Source: Octopus bimaculoides
Lineage: Eukaryota
Assembly: GCF_001194135.2 (NCBI RefSeq)
Contig: NC_068993.1
Location: 42,898,115 to 42,962,114 of the forward strand
Direction: 5' to 3'
DNA: 64,000 nt
The position numbers and the translations under genes are program-made. Of this stretch, positions 1 to 13,859 are shown one piece after another. The notes beneath the pieces are model-generated. The model was not told where the DNA came from and ran no database searches. It worked only from the letters and a program-made list of their open reading frames with translations. The number at the start of each line of letters is the position of its first letter. Position 1 is the first letter of the stretch.

Positions 1-413
1 CTTGTTTTTCCAGATTTCTCCTATAATTTGCTATCAATATTTCTTAAATTCCTAGCTGTCACAGTCTTGGAGGTCCCACAATCGAATCGTTTCTTCCTTG
101 GCGAAGGAATCGTCTAACCACGTCCGCATGGCGACTTAAATTCTCCGCAATGACATGAAGAGAGGTGCCTTTAGCACTTTTCTTGATGTTGACAGACGTT
201 TCATCATCGTTAAGGCCTTTTCACGTTCCGTTGTTATTAGAGTGAGGGGATGCTATTTATGTGGTTCAAGCAATAACTGAAGAATCTAAGATAAAAAAGA
301 AAGGGCGTTAAACAGAACAATGAAAACATAAGAATCATGTGTAGCCATAGTGTGGAAATCAGCTAGGAAAAGTTATATAAAAATCTCTTAAGCTATTAGC
401 GTAGTTCTGGGTG
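1..413 (-). mobile_element. Tc1-like DNA transposon, 5' end with degraded N-terminal HTH coding region (continues left of the window)
   Basis: Minus-strand translation of about 1-230 gives KGLNDDETSVNIKKSAKGTSLHVIAENLSRHADVVRRFL and, after a frameshift, TVTARNLRNIDSKL*EKSGKT, resembling a Tc1/Tc3 paired-like HTH. The probable terminus CACCCAGAACTACG (minus) abuts TA at 414-415. Confidence 0.65.
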
Positions 414-425
414 TATACATACATT

Positions 426-497
<72 letters not shown>

Positions 498-698
498 TGT
501 ATGTGTGTGTGTATCATGTATGTATGTATGCGTATACACACAAACACATACATGCATGCATACATACTTGCATATGTGCATGTGTGTATGTGTGTATAAA
601 TGCAAGCATACATATACATACATGCATGCATGCATAAATACATACATACACACATACATACAAAGATATTGGCATACATACATACATACGTACTACAT

Positions 699-755
<57 letters not shown>

Positions 756-815
756 NNNNNNNNNNNNNNNNNNNNNNNNNNNNNNNNNNNNNNNNNNNNN
801 NNNNNNNNNNNNNNN

Positions 816-871
<56 letters not shown>

Positions 872-968
872 TATATATATGCAGACACACACTAACACCT
901 ATGTATGCATATATATATAGATATGTAGACAGAGAGAGATAAATAGACAGACAGACAGAGAGACAGAC

Positions 969-1035
<67 letters not shown>

Positions 1036-1260
1036 ATGATGTAAATAGACATGCGTATACTCGTGTGTGAATACGCATATATACTATATATATATATATA
1101 CGCATATACACATTTTTATACATATATAGTCATATGTATATGTAAAAAAGATACATTTATGTATATATAATATAATATATGTATATATAATAAAGATACA
1201 TATACATATATACATACATATATAAGTAAAACTATATATAAGTATATATACATGAGTGTG
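411..1260. repeat. Compound microsatellite block (TA, TG, TACA, GATA) with N gap 756-815
   Basis: Directly visible simple repeats; they explain the low-complexity ORFs at 396-1326. Confidence 0.95.
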
Positions 1261-1469
1261 TGCGTGTACTTGTGTATTTGCGTGTTTCCAGATTTGATAT
1301 AAGAAAAAACAACAAAAAGAATCCAATACATGTCTATTGGGTTCTGAAGATTCGTTTCCAATTTCTTATACAGCTTATCAGATCGTTTGATACACGCCTC
1401 GCAGGATAATATCGGGTCTGGTGTTACTTTTGATACTATTGACTGGTATGAATTAGAGTTATTATTATT

Positions 1470-1915
1470 AACAATAATATTCCTTTCTACTACAAGCACA
1501 ATGCCTGAAATTTGTCGGAAGGGAGCTAGTCAATAACATCGACCCCAAAGTTCAACTGGTACTTATTTAATCGACCATGAAAGGATGAAAGGCACAGTCA
1601 ACCACTGCAGAATTTGAACTCAGAACGTAAATGAAATGTCGCTAAGCATTTTACGCAGCATTCTAACGATTCTACCAGCTCACCGCCTTATATGATAATA
1701 ATCCTTTCCACTATAGGCGCAAGGCCTGAAATTTGGGGTCAGAGGACTAGTGGATTACATCGACCCTAGAACTCAACTGGTATTCATTTTATCGACCCGA
1801 AAGGATGAAAGACCAAGTCGACCCCGGCGGAGTTTGAACTCAGAATGTTAAGACGGACGAAATGCCGCTAAGCATTTTACCCAGCGTGCTAACGATTCTG
1901 TCACATCACCACCTT
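1470..1915 (-). mobile_element. Two head-to-tail copies of tRNA-derived SINE family A (about 220 bp each)
   Basis: Each copy (about 1470-1690 and 1696-1915) is the reverse complement of AAGGCGGCGAGCTGGCAGAATCG...GAGTTCAAATT...CCTTTCATCCTTTCGGGGTCGATAAAATAAGTACCAG, with A-box-like TGGCAGAATCG and B-box-like GAGTTCAAATTC. Confidence 0.9.
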
Positions 1916-1944
1916 ATTAACAATAATAATAATAACAATATATT

Positions 1945-2085
1945 TGTGCGTATGTGTGTGTAATACACACGCACACATACATACATACATTCATACACAC
2001 ATACATACATACATACATACATACATACATACATACATACATACATGCATACATACATACATACATACATACATAAACACACACT
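1945..2085. repeat. (TACA)n microsatellite
   Basis: Visible tetranucleotide array. Confidence 0.95.
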
Positions 2086-2689
2086 CGTAGTCACATAATA
2101 TGTCGCTGTATTTGAAATCAAATCTTCGACTTCGGATTCAATATTACAAATCTCTGAACAACGACACCGCTATGTGTTTTTACAGAGACAGCTTTACAAT
2201 TAAAATATGGGTTTACCATTAAAAGCCGGGGGTCTTTCGTTTGCTTTTTAACGCATGATAACATCTGATCTTGAAAACAACTAATGTATTGAATGTTGAC
2301 ATAAGAAAAACCTGACAGATTCCTTTCTTCATAAATTTATATAAGATAGCATCTTCCTTAAGCTAGCTTGACCCAGCACCTGAGTAAACGGCACAAGCCT
2401 GTGAGATCCCTCCACATAGTGAAAATGGGATACGAAATTTCCCGCTTGGTAGACATTCTTATGTCTAAACACGAATCTTTCAAACCTGTCCGTGTACAAC
2501 TGTCCTAGTTGTATGTTTGCCTATTACTGTGTATAGAGGATTCGACCATTCACCACGCCATTATGTACACAAGCTGTGTACATTTAGCAAATAGGACGAG
2601 ATCAGACATTGCTCATACCGTACTGATTCACAACCATTTTATCGTCCTATTCTGTACTTAATAGTTTTACATATATAAAGATACTAGCG

Positions 2690-2800
2690 AAGACGCATGG
2701 CTTAGTGGTTAGAGTGTTTGGCTTACGACCATACAGCCATGGTTTCAATTCCAGGTTGGTCAAGTTTAATCTGTCTTTTAAGCAAAGCACTTAATTTCCT
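2690..2800 (+). mobile_element. tRNA-derived SINE head (family C-like), degraded
   Basis: A-box TGGCTTAGTGG and B-box-like GGTTTCAATTCC, followed by AGCAAAGCACTT as in the copy at 18094. Confidence 0.6.
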
Positions 2801-3099
2801 ATTGATACAGTTTAATATGCTAAGATGAATACTAGACATGTGCTGGGGCAGTCTTCTTTCTACCATCACATTGACGATAACGCCGTACTTTCATTTTCTT
2901 CGGCGCATTGTATTCTTGAACAAGGCACGTCATGTCATACTCCTACACCTAGTCTACTCATATACGATGGGGACCAACGGTTTATTCATTTATGATACTT
3001 ACCAGCCAGGCGTTGGTGTAGCCCTCCTACTCTCAAGCTGTCACATTCTCGATTTTTCACCAGTCAAGGGTGATGCATAGATACCTAAAGCAACAACAA

Positions 3100-3268
3100 A
3101 TTTTGGTACAAACCCAGTACTCAATTAATATGTATTTTATCGACACCGAAAGAATGAAAGAGGCAAAGTGAACACCTGCCGAATTTAAACTCAGAACTTG
3201 AAGACGGACGAAATACCGCTAAGCGTTTTACTCAGCGTACTAAAGCTTCTGCCAGCTCACTACCTTAA
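3100..3268 (-). mobile_element. SINE family A, 5' part
   Basis: Matches the family A head and central segment in reverse complement. Confidence 0.8.
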
Positions 3269-3329
3269 AACATGTGACATTACCAAACCATACTCGCTCG
3301 CGAGTGAGGATTAGCTATATTACTGTATA

Positions 3330-3815
<486 letters not shown>

Positions 3816-4329
3816 ATACTTTATAAAAACCCAGCATCTAAAATAATTGCGGTAATTACGATAAAACTGTCAAGAATTATAAACAAATTTCAATTTCTTT
3901 CATCAAATATTTTTCATTATTGCTTCTATTCTTCTCGTTTAATACAAAATTAACAAGTTTTTCTTCTACCTCAACAGTTTAATACAATATTTTAATGTCC
4001 GCCCTTTGAATGTAAATACAAATCTTTCTGCATGTAATATATTGTACGCTTGGCGTATTATATATCGTGCACGCCTGCACAATCAGAAACAATCAGAGTT
4101 GTTTTGTTATATGTAACGCTTTATGAGATGTTACTCATTAATATATTTACTGACTTGGAGATATACAATGATATATGAATGGGGATGTATAAATATATGA
4201 ATAAGTTGAAGGCAGCACCAGCAAGGTCTTGGATGCGATAGCAAAAATAAGAAAAAATAGGCGCTGATAGGCACACACACAGAACACACGCTAGCACATA
4301 CATACGTACATACACACACTCACACACAC

Positions 4330-4377
<48 letters not shown>

Positions 4378-5234
4378 NNNNNNNNNNNNNNNNNNNNNNN
4401 NNNNNNNNNNNNNNNNNNNNNNNNNNNNNNNNNNNNNNNNNNNNNNNNNNNNNNNNNNNNNNNNNNNNNNNNNNNNNNNNNNNNNNNNNNNNNNNNNNNN
4501 NNNNNNNNNNNNNNNNNNNNNNNNNNNNNNNNNNNNNNNNNNNNNNNNNNNNNNNNNNNNNNNNNNNNNNNNNNNNNNNNNNNNNNNNNNNNNNNNNNNN
4601 NNNNNNNNNNNNNNNNNNNNNNNNNNNNNNNNNNNNNNNNNNNNNNNNNNNNNNNNNNNNNNNNNNNNNNNNNNNNNNNNNNNNNNNNNNNNNNNNNNNN
4701 NNNNNNNNNNNNNNNNNNNNNNNNNNNNNNNNNNNNNNNNNNNNNNNNNNNNNNNNNNNNNNNNNNNNNNNNNNNNNNNNNNNNNNNNNNNNNNNNNNNN
4801 NNNNNNNNNNNNNNNNNNNNNNNNNNNNNNNNNNNNNNNNNNNNNNNNNNNNNNNNNNNNNNNNNNNNNNNNNNNNNNNNNNNNNNNNNNNNNNNNNNNN
4901 NNNNNNNNNNNNNNNNNNNNNNNNNNNNNNNNNNNNNNNNNNNNNNNNNNNNNNNNNNNNNNNNNNNNNNNNNNNNNNNNNNNNNNNNNNNNNNNNNNNN
5001 NNNNNNNNNNNNNNNNNNNNNNNNNNNNNNNNNNNNNNNNNNNNNNNNNNNNNNNNNNNNNNNNNNNNNNNNNNNNNNNNNNNNNNNNNNNNNNNNNNNN
5101 NNNNNNNNNNNNNNNNNNTATATATATATACTGTTAGAATCTGAACAGCACACCACATGACGGGACTGGAGTGATGCATCTACAATTTACCAACCGACTA
5201 CATTCAGTTCGCTATCTGATTACGTAAACATGAG

Positions 5235-5239
5235 CAGAA

Positions 5240-5281
<42 letters not shown>

Positions 5282-5305
5282 GTTATTATTATTATTATCA
5301 TTATT
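5235..5305. repeat. (ATT)n microsatellite
   Basis: Visible trinucleotide array. Confidence 0.95.
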
Positions 5306-5344
5306 CAATTTTTACAGATAATATTGTTGTATCAGTAAACTTTT

Positions 5345-6200
5345 TACGCCAGTTCTGTGACGAGGCCGACTGGGTTCTTGCTGAGCTGAGTGGTTAGGCG
5401 GGACTTTTCCCCTTTTGGGGCGAATTTTCAATTTAAATTCTCCATTTTTTCATTTTTCAATTTGAAAATTACAAAAAATGTCCTTGGAGAAGAGTGTCAG
5501 CTCTTTCTTTCTTTTGGATTTCCCCACCTCTGCTGTCGGAAAACAGCCAAAAATGTTTGAAAATTAATTGTCTCCGCCCACTCCGTGCCATAAAAGGCAG
5601 AGGGAGGAACGATTAAAGTCTTGCTAGCATGTGCAATGCTGAGCAACAAAAAGAAAAAGAGGAAGAAAAACGAAAGGAAAGAAGAAGAGAAGAGCAAGGA
5701 AATTCAACTAATGAACGCTACTAATGTCGCAACACCTGTGAATCCAAAACCTCCCACTACCATCACTAATACATTGAACACTGAACAACAACAACAACAA
5801 CCCAATGCATTAAAAATACGAGGTTTTGTTTCAATGGCAAAACCTGAAAATGAATTCATTAATATTTCTGTTGAATCTCTCAAAGACTACAGAAACATTT
5901 TGAAAAGAAAAAGCGAAAGATGTGTTTCGATAAACACACCTCCAGATATTAAACACAATACAAACAAACGTACCATAGTGTGCACAACTATATCGTTATA
6001 AAAATAGACGTTTACAGACTATCACAAAGCAAGCAGTTGAAAAATGCTTGCTACCCATTTGGAAAGACGTAACATATCTATCGAGGGCTTAGAAATATGG
6101 CAGAAATGAAAACAGATTTGCTACAGAAGACGTAACGAAACAACACTCAACAGCCAAGCTGAGAAACAGTAAACTAGTTCTAGTTTCAACATACCGCCAA
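5345..6200 (+). mobile_element. L1/Tx1-type LINE: 5' UTR and N-terminal part of ORF1 (pseudogenised)
   Basis: ORF 5621-6001 continues in frame through stops as *NRRLQTITKQAVEKCLLPIWKDVTYLSRA*KYGRNENRFATEDVTKQHSTAKLRNSKLVLVSTYRQ, and lies directly upstream of EN and RT pieces of one element type. The ORF1 assignment is inferred from position and pattern. Confidence 0.6.
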
Positions 6201-6525
6201 CACGGAGATGCATACATCTCGAAGTCATCGAAAATGGGCATCAACGCTCGCCGTTCGATTAGTCTGGATTCAGTAATGGCTATTACATCTATTCCCCGTG
6301 ACCTGAGGTCGTTGAGTAGATGACCGTGTTTCCAAGAGTACCCCAGACCACGTACATTTATGCAACCTATTTTGAGTGAGTAAGACCATTTGAGTGACTG
6401 GTAAGGAGAAAAAAGAGAGGACTACTTACCATTAGCACTCTGGGGTGGGAGCGGAGAAGATGACCCTCTCCTTAAGTGGGGTGTGGTGGTCTCCATGACC
6501 AAGAATTTATAGTGGCTCCAGGACA
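6200..6525 (-). mobile_element. Inverted segment of the same LINE: probable ORF1 end plus ORF2 APE-endonuclease N-terminus
   Basis: Minus strand reads LKIGCINVRGLGYSWKHGHLLNDLRSRGIDVIAITESRLIERRALMPIFDDFEMYASPC, with the APE motifs NVRGL and D(V/I)IAITES. An ATG at 6389 is out of frame owing to an apparent 4-bp ACTC duplication. Confidence 0.85.
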
Positions 6526-7388
6526 CTATCACAACTGGCAGTAGAACGGCAGAATAATCAGTGCTGTGAGACGTGGAGTGGTGTTGCTGCTGATAAAGGA
6601 CCCGAATAAAAGGGATCAAATAGAGAATTTTAGGTCTATAACTCTGCTGAACGCAGATTGTAAGATTTTGGCCAAGGTGTTAGCCAAGAGGTTGGCGCTT
6701 GTCGTCGATAAGCTGGTCGACGATGTGCTGACATGCGCTAACCCAGAAAGATCTATCTATAACAAACACCACCTCATGTACTACCTCACGGAGAGGGTCG
6801 GGTAGGAACCTGGCATGAGTGGGGCCCTGATGAATTCGGATCTATCGAAAGCTTTTGACCGGGTTGACCATTAATACTTGGAGGCTATCCTCGTGGCGGC
6901 TGATTTGGGTCCCGTTTTCAGAGGCTGGATCACAGCAATGTACAGCGACATCTCTTTGGTGGTCAAAGTAAATGGCCACCTATCGGAATCGTTTAGTATC
7001 GCTCGTTCCGTCCGTCAAGGATGCCCACTCTCTCCCCTTATGTAAGTGCTGGCTCTCGAGCCATTACTAAAGATGTTGGATATTTCGAACAGTATCACGC
7101 ATGATTTAGGATGCGGAAGGTTCGTTTCGGCATATGCGGACGACGTAATAGTGTCGGACAACTCGGAAATCGAGGTGATCGGAACTACCTTAAAACAGTA
7201 CGAAGCGGTGACAGGAGCAAAAATTCATCAGGACAAGTCGGTGGGCCTGCAGCTCGGCATCTGGAAAGGCAAGTCCATGCCAACCGTCAGCATTGTATGG
7301 TGCTGGACAGAAGGATTGGTTAAATTGCTTGGAGTCTGGTTTGGTCCGGACCTCCAGGTGGATAAGAACTGGGAGGAAGTGATAAACG
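6526..7388 (+). pseudogene. L1/Tx1-type LINE reverse transcriptase fragment
   Basis: A single frame with in-frame stops: FRSITLLNADCKILAKVLAKRL, DLSKAFDRVDH, SVRQGCPLSP, AYADDV, KLLGVWFG, i.e. non-LTR RT motifs with L1-clade signatures. Truncated by a SINE at about 7388. Confidence 0.92.
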
Positions 7389-7570
7389 GAGTATTTTGCC
7401 TGTCGCTACGTTCTAACCTCAAATTCCACCGAGGTCGACTTTGCCTTTCAACCTTTCAGGGTCCATAAATTAAGTATCAATGAAACACTGAGGTCGATGT
7501 AATCAACTAGTGTCCTCCCTCCAGATTTCAGGCCTTGTGCATTTAGAAGCAAGGACTGTTATTATTATTA
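7388..7570 (+). mobile_element. 5'-truncated SINE family A
   Basis: AAATTCCACCGAGGTCGACTTTGCCTTTCAACCTTTCAGGGTCCATAAATTAAGTATC, then the family tail ending in (ATT)n. Confidence 0.85.
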
Positions 7571-8220
7571 GATACGTCTGAACGTTTGGACGAAATAAAT
7601 GCTAAGTGATATTTATTTTCGTCTACTAACGTTGTAATTTTAAATTGCCAGGGTCTAGTTTTTATTATGTCCTCCCAGAAGTCTAACAAAACTAAAAATT
7701 AATCATGTACGAAGTCAGATTCAGCAAGTCTTGCACCAACAGGCCAATAGCAGAAATCACACTTTTTTTCTATTTTTAAAAATCAAGGAATGATTTCTTC
7801 AGCGAATTCTCAAAGGAATGTCTTATTGCTTTATCTTTCCCACTCATATTATCTCCTCTTAATTTGTGGAATTTTATCAGATTTTGGTGGCATTGACTTT
7901 GGCAGCGAAATATTTGATTTATCTTTATAATTGAATATTTATCATACAGAGTTTGACATAATACTCCATCTTTTGAAGCAGTAAAATACAATACAGTCTT
8001 ACTTTTCCATCTATTCACTAGCTTCCTCGCCGGTTAACATACATTGGTCAACACAATTTTTATTTGGTATTTCAATGAGGTTTAGAAAGCACAATTGGCA
8101 ATTCTTCTACTCACACTCGTACACACACGACAGGCACACACACATACATATATCTCTGTGAATATAACCAGACATATGTATGCATATCTATGTGTGCATA
8201 CATATATATGTATGTATATA

Positions 8221-8464
8221 CTTTTTATCTTTCATCTTTTACTTGTTTCAGTTATTATGACTGCGTCCATGCTGGGGTACCGCCTTGAAGAACTTTTAAT
8301 CGAATGACTAGACCCCGGTACTTATTTGTTTTTAAGGTTGGCACTTATACTATCGGTTTCTTATGACGATCTGCTATGTTACGGGAACGTAAACACACAG
8401 CACCGGTCGTCAAGCGATGGTGGAAGACAAAACACACATATATATGTGTGTGTATGTATGTATG

Positions 8465-8499
<35 letters not shown>
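8221..8499 (-). mobile_element. SINE family B, 3' half and internal microsatellite running into gap 8500-8763
   Basis: TTTTACTTGTTTCAGTTATTATGACTGCGTCCATGCTGGGGTACCGCC...CACCGGTCGTCAAGCG matches the tail of the 3330 copy. Confidence 0.8.
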
Positions 8500-9008
8500 N
8501 NNNNNNNNNNNNNNNNNNNNNNNNNNNNNNNNNNNNNNNNNNNNNNNNNNNNNNNNNNNNNNNNNNNNNNNNNNNNNNNNNNNNNNNNNNNNNNNNNNNN
8601 NNNNNNNNNNNNNNNNNNNNNNNNNNNNNNNNNNNNNNNNNNNNNNNNNNNNNNNNNNNNNNNNNNNNNNNNNNNNNNNNNNNNNNNNNNNNNNNNNNNN
8701 NNNNNNNNNNNNNNNNNNNNNNNNNNNNNNNNNNNNNNNNNNNNNNNNNNNNNNNNNNNNNNNTGGGCTGAAGATTGGAATAGTGAAATTTTCATTCGCT
8801 TAACCATGAAACGATTCGTATCTAATTAACTAAAGACTTGTTTTGTTTACGCTTTTCCCTCCGGTTTTTTGTTCTATGTGTGCCATAAATATCGCCATCC
8901 GTTTAGAGAAAAAATTGTAGTTTAGAATCAGTAGTTCTTTGACTGCTATTTCTAAATTTTCAGTATGTTGGAGAAGCAACTCAATGCTAATCCCTGTATA
9001 TTTATGAT

Positions 9009-9039
<31 letters not shown>

Positions 9040-10569
9040 CATTTCTCAACAATTAATGAAAATAGTCAAAACTATATTTTCTGTCAAAAACACAAATTAC
9101 ATAGAAATTTATTTTTGCTAATGTTTTTTACTGGGAAGACTGTTCTTCAAAAATCAAATGTGAGTGGCACACTAACTTTAAGGCTTGATAATATAGGAGC
9201 GTCTGTAGCCTATATTTTCGTATACGTAGCAGACTAAAATTGCACTCAAAATAGTTATATAACACTTAAGCTTTATTTTATTATATTTGCTTATGATATA
9301 TAAATAATATTTTACTATAAGGCTATCTAGGTGTCAGATAAAATTCATTTTTCTGTTTAATATTTCATTATAATCTCATAAAGTTGTAAGTTTTCAATTA
9401 TTTTCTTCAGTTTAACAATTCCGTAAACTAAAATATTATATTCATTAATAAATAATATGTTAAATTCATAATATTCAACAAAATTATTTCATACTTCAAA
9501 ATTGTCTGAAAAACACACGATAAATTCTTAATCAAGGAAACGCCCTCTGTACCGGATGTGAAACCTGATAAGGCAAAGAGAAACTAATGATGTCATCAAT
9601 GATATCGCTTTTCTTCTTATTCTTTACCAACGATACATTTATGTCTTGTATACAAAACAAATTTATCGCCGTTGTTTTCTTGAAAACAACAGATTCTTTT
9701 TACTGAATGCCACTCTTCTAATTCGAGGTCCAATCAACGTGTTATTGAAGATTCTAATCACTTCGCTACCAAATTATTTTCATTCGATAATGTTATACAA
9801 TTCTTCCTTCTATCAACCCAACCACCCACTCACATACTTTCGTCCGTTCTACAATTTAGAAAATGTAATTAATTATGATTAGCTCACAGCTGGTACAATC
9901 AATTTTAGCTTAGTTGTCTTTTTATATCTTTCATATAACACAACCATTTCATCTTCTATTCACAAATAATTTGGGAATAAAAGATATTTTGCAAAGTACT
10001 AGTGAACAGTTGCTTTCATTTCTATTTTTAATTAATCATTGATAAAATTAAACCTAAAATTATGGTTGATAATTAAAGCCCTGCAGGTTCAGTATCTATT
10101 TAAGTGAACTCGCTCACTATCGATCTGTGATATACTTTGAAACCGAACTCGAAATAGCTTTAAATTTCTTTATATTTTCCTTTAAGTTTACTTCAAGTAG
10201 CGGAGGAGGGGGGGGTTGAATGATTTCAATAATTTTTGGGGGGTTTATTGATTCATTTATTTATTTGTATTTTATTTTTCATCGTTCCTTTTTCCAGTCG
10301 ATATCGCGTAGGTATCAAAAGCCTGTTTTAACAAATTCCTAAAATATTTTTCAACTAATTATAAAATTTATTATTTTCTTTGTTAAAGTTTTATTATAGA
10401 ATGTAGATGCTTTTCTTGCATTCGGTAACAGCTCTCGAACAGAAACATCCCACCCTGCGTGGAAACTAAGTAGATTTTATGTTATATAAATAAACAAACA
10501 CAATTAAAAGACGACATAGTTTAGTTATGTTGCTGTAGTGTCATTCTATGTGACTATATGTATTTTTCA

Positions 10570-10925
10570 GTGTGTGTGTGTGCGTGTGTCTAACTGTAAG
10601 TATGAGTGTGTATGCCTGTGTATGAGTGTATTGTTGTGAATGTGCCTGTGTCATTGCATTTGTCTGTATGAGTGTTTCTGCGGGAATGTATCTGTTTGTG
10701 TATATATACTAGTGTGTCTGTGTATGAATAGGAATATATGTGTGTGCGTTTGTCTGTGTGCGTTTCTGCGTGTATATGTGAGAGTTCGTGTGTAAGTATA
10801 AAATGAGTACTTTTGCTTGTGTGAGTGTGTATATGTGTGTGCCTCTGTGTGTGAGTGTGTGAGTGTGTATGTGTGTATGTCTGGATGTGTGTGTTTGTGC
10901 GTGTGTACGTGTGCCTGTACATATG
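10570..10925. repeat. Degenerate (TG)n block
   Basis: Visible TG-rich low-complexity sequence. Confidence 0.9.
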
Positions 10926-11409
10926 TGACAATTCAACGATAATTGCTTTTACTTGTACTTTTACCACTGAAAGATATATATCTTGTCGAAACTTACAGAC
11001 AAAATAGTTGTGTAACTTTCGCCTGCTCTCTGTTGAGCTCACTTTTCATCTTTGTTTATAGAAGAATTCCGTGGTAGACTGTTTTGAATTGGTTTATAGT
11101 AACAACAGAAAAAGAATTACAGAAATAAAACACAACCACATGAAAGATAGTCTTTAAATAATATCAAATGATATCGAAGTATTTGTGGAAAATGATTTGG
11201 TTTTATTTTATTTTAGTGCATTTTATTTTATATTTAATTTTTGGTGGAGGCGAAAGAGTATTGTTCTTATCTGTTGGTTGCCTACTCTGTAAAGGAAGAT
11301 TAAAAGATTATTATTTTTAAAATTCATAGTGTAACGTCGGTTTTTGTAAAATCTGAAATCGAAAGGTTTTTATACTCCAAACTGCTTACTAATTACTTTT
11401 GATCAAATA

Positions 11410-12000
11410 AGATCATTTATCAATCGATTTCTGAACACTATTCATCTTCATTGGCACCGTCCCTTCTAAACAGGTCTATTAGCAAAGAACGCTATTCTTG
11501 CTCAGTCTTTCTTGTGCTGGCCTTATACATTCATTGTATTTTAATTCTGACCATTTTCCGTTTTCTAATTACACATATCCCGTATATATTATGTTTGGTG
11601 TCTGTCGAATTGGTTTCTCTTCAAATGTAAGATTTATTTTTGGTAACTTCTGTTTCTTACTAATTACCATTGATTTTGTATTCGTTACATTCACTTCTAT
11701 TCCACAGAACATTCATTCGTCATTTGCTGCAGTTACACAATTCCCTAAGTCAGCTCGGTGGAAATCTAATGAGGCAGAATCGCCGGTATATCTAAAGTTG
11801 TTGATATACATACATCCTATTGAAGCTCTTGATATACCTTCTATTTCCCAGAAAGTTTTCTCAGTGGGCAGATTAAATTAACTAAAAGCTTAAACACAGC
11901 ATTGCCTGACTCCTTTCTTAATTTCATATTTTTGGCGTTTTATTCGTTAATTTACCACCAATGCGCTTACTGAAGACTGATACATGAATAACATCCGAAA
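11410..12000 (-). pseudogene. RTE-type LINE reverse transcriptase fragment, degraded
   Basis: Minus-strand translation (with frameshifts) gives RIGGKL, IKKGVRQ, FWEIEGISRASIGCMYINNFRYTGD (YADD position), MFCGIEVNVTNTKSMVISKK, IIYTGYV*LENGKW, co-linear with RTE RT motifs. Confidence 0.75.
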
Positions 12001-13859
12001 TAAGTGGAAAGTTACACAAGTCGAAGTGGATCTTGGGTTTAATTGATACGATTCTCCCAATTATTTTTTTATCTCTTAAAATAGAAAGAGAGTAATGCCC
12101 ATGATCCTTTTACACTGAACACGAGACTGGCGAAAGTAAGTAACTTCGAACAGGAGACCGGACTTGAATAATTGCAAATGACTTGACTCCGTTAAAAACT
12201 CTATAGAACGAATTTGTGATGTTAGATGGTGATATAACTCATTAACTCTGTTACTCAAACAGATTATGGCCAGATCTTTAAACTCAGAACGATGAACCGC
12301 CATAATGATTGCAGGAAGAGATGCTGCACATTTTATAATGAAAGTATTTCTTTTGTGCAGAACAATTTATATTAGGGTTTTGTGAACAAATCTATGACAG
12401 TTTTGTAGGGTTATCTTCACTATATATTAAGCAGATGTAACGCTGCAGAGGGAGGATCTACATTACAGCCAGAGGCAATGCAGGAAAAATATTTGATCAA
12501 ATAAAAACTACAAATCGATGAGCTAAACAATAAAATAACTGTGATGATTTATTTGTTTCTCAGATGCTATGAAACTGAAGGTTTCTAAACTTAATCCAAA
12601 CAGAATGTTTTTGTATTTATTTATTTTTACGTTAACAAAGACGTGCTGCTTTAGCGAAATTTAGCTTCGTTTCTTTCATATTCCAAGTGAATTATTTATT
12701 AATCAAAATATGTAGGCATGAAAAACACTTGAAAATCTGAACATTATTTAAAATAATTCATAGACTGCTTTTTTTGTTCTTAAATTGAAAGACTAAATAA
12801 TTGTATAGGATGTTTTAGAAGATGCATTTTTCTTCAAAATAAAACGTTAAAAAAAAAATCAGAGAAAATTTGAATGACGTAAATTGGAACGATGTGTCGT
12901 GTGTCTCACTGAAACTGATTATTACTTTCAACGATAGGTAAACGATGTGTGGCGAATTTATGAGTGAGGAGAGAAATAAAACACAAATGCCCGGTAGCTG
13001 CTTGAAAAATACTAAAATGGCTGACATAAAACATATCTGTCTTTTGAGCATCAATAACTCATTTGTGAACACAAAAAAAATTATAATGCGTGTGCAAAGT
13101 ATATAAATGGTGTGTAATTTAGTCAAATAGAAAAGGATTTTACATTTGATTTGACAACATCAGAAAACAGTAAAAAAGAAAACGGCTATAAAATAAGCCT
13201 TTATTTGCGAGGATGAAGCGACTTCTTTTGGAGTTAATAAGCTAAAAGCACACGTTACATTGATATAGTATTCTGGAACAGGAACGTAATGATCCAATAA
13301 ATAATATGTTAGCTACTCTTTGCAAAATATTTTATTCTTTCTAATCATGTTTTACACTCTTTTCAGAGCACTTAGCAATATGTTGTGTGTTATGTTCACA
13401 GTGACATATTCTGGATTCTTTCAATGTTATAAAAAAAATTGATTAGGAAAAACAGTGAACTAGAATTATACACACACACACACACACACACATACATACA
13501 TATCACAATGACGTGACTCGGCTTAGCCATATGTGTTTGTGTTGAGTACGTGCTTGTGTGTGTGTGTGTGTGTGTGTGTTTGTGTGTGTGTGCGTGTGTG
13601 TGTGCGTGCGTGCGTGCACGCATGTGTGTGCAATGGAAATATGACAGCTGTAAACTAGCAGGCAAAATTTCGTACTTCTATAAAAATATTCATTAAAATA
13701 ATTATTGGTGTCGCTTCTTATTCCCACAATTTTGTTTTCTGATTTGTTATTTTCCAAAAGTATACTTCGAAAATCAGAGTAAAGAATTAAAACAACAGGA
13801 AGCGGAAAGTCCTGGCTTTCACAAGACCTATATTTGTGTAAGTTATGTGAAAGTAATTT

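Noticed and set aside
396-1326. Many 60-420 aa ORFs made of YI, CV, HT, LS or X runs here and elsewhere (e.g. 4121-5179, 30246-31514, 51798-52501)
   Set aside because: Translations of microsatellites and N gaps, not genes.
5621-6001. 126-aa ORF with a basic NLS-like run and poly-Q as a host gene
   Set aside because: The frame continues through stops into LINE-like sequence directly upstream of EN and RT remnants; best explained as decayed ORF1.
11474-12135. Apparent three-exon plus-strand membrane-protein gene (11474-11626, 11708-11785, 12085-12135) with plausible AG/GT sites and compatible phases for the first two exons
   Set aside because: The first two exons lie on the antisense strand of an RTE reverse transcriptase remnant; hydrophobicity and open frames follow from T-richness, and the third exon gives an early stop.
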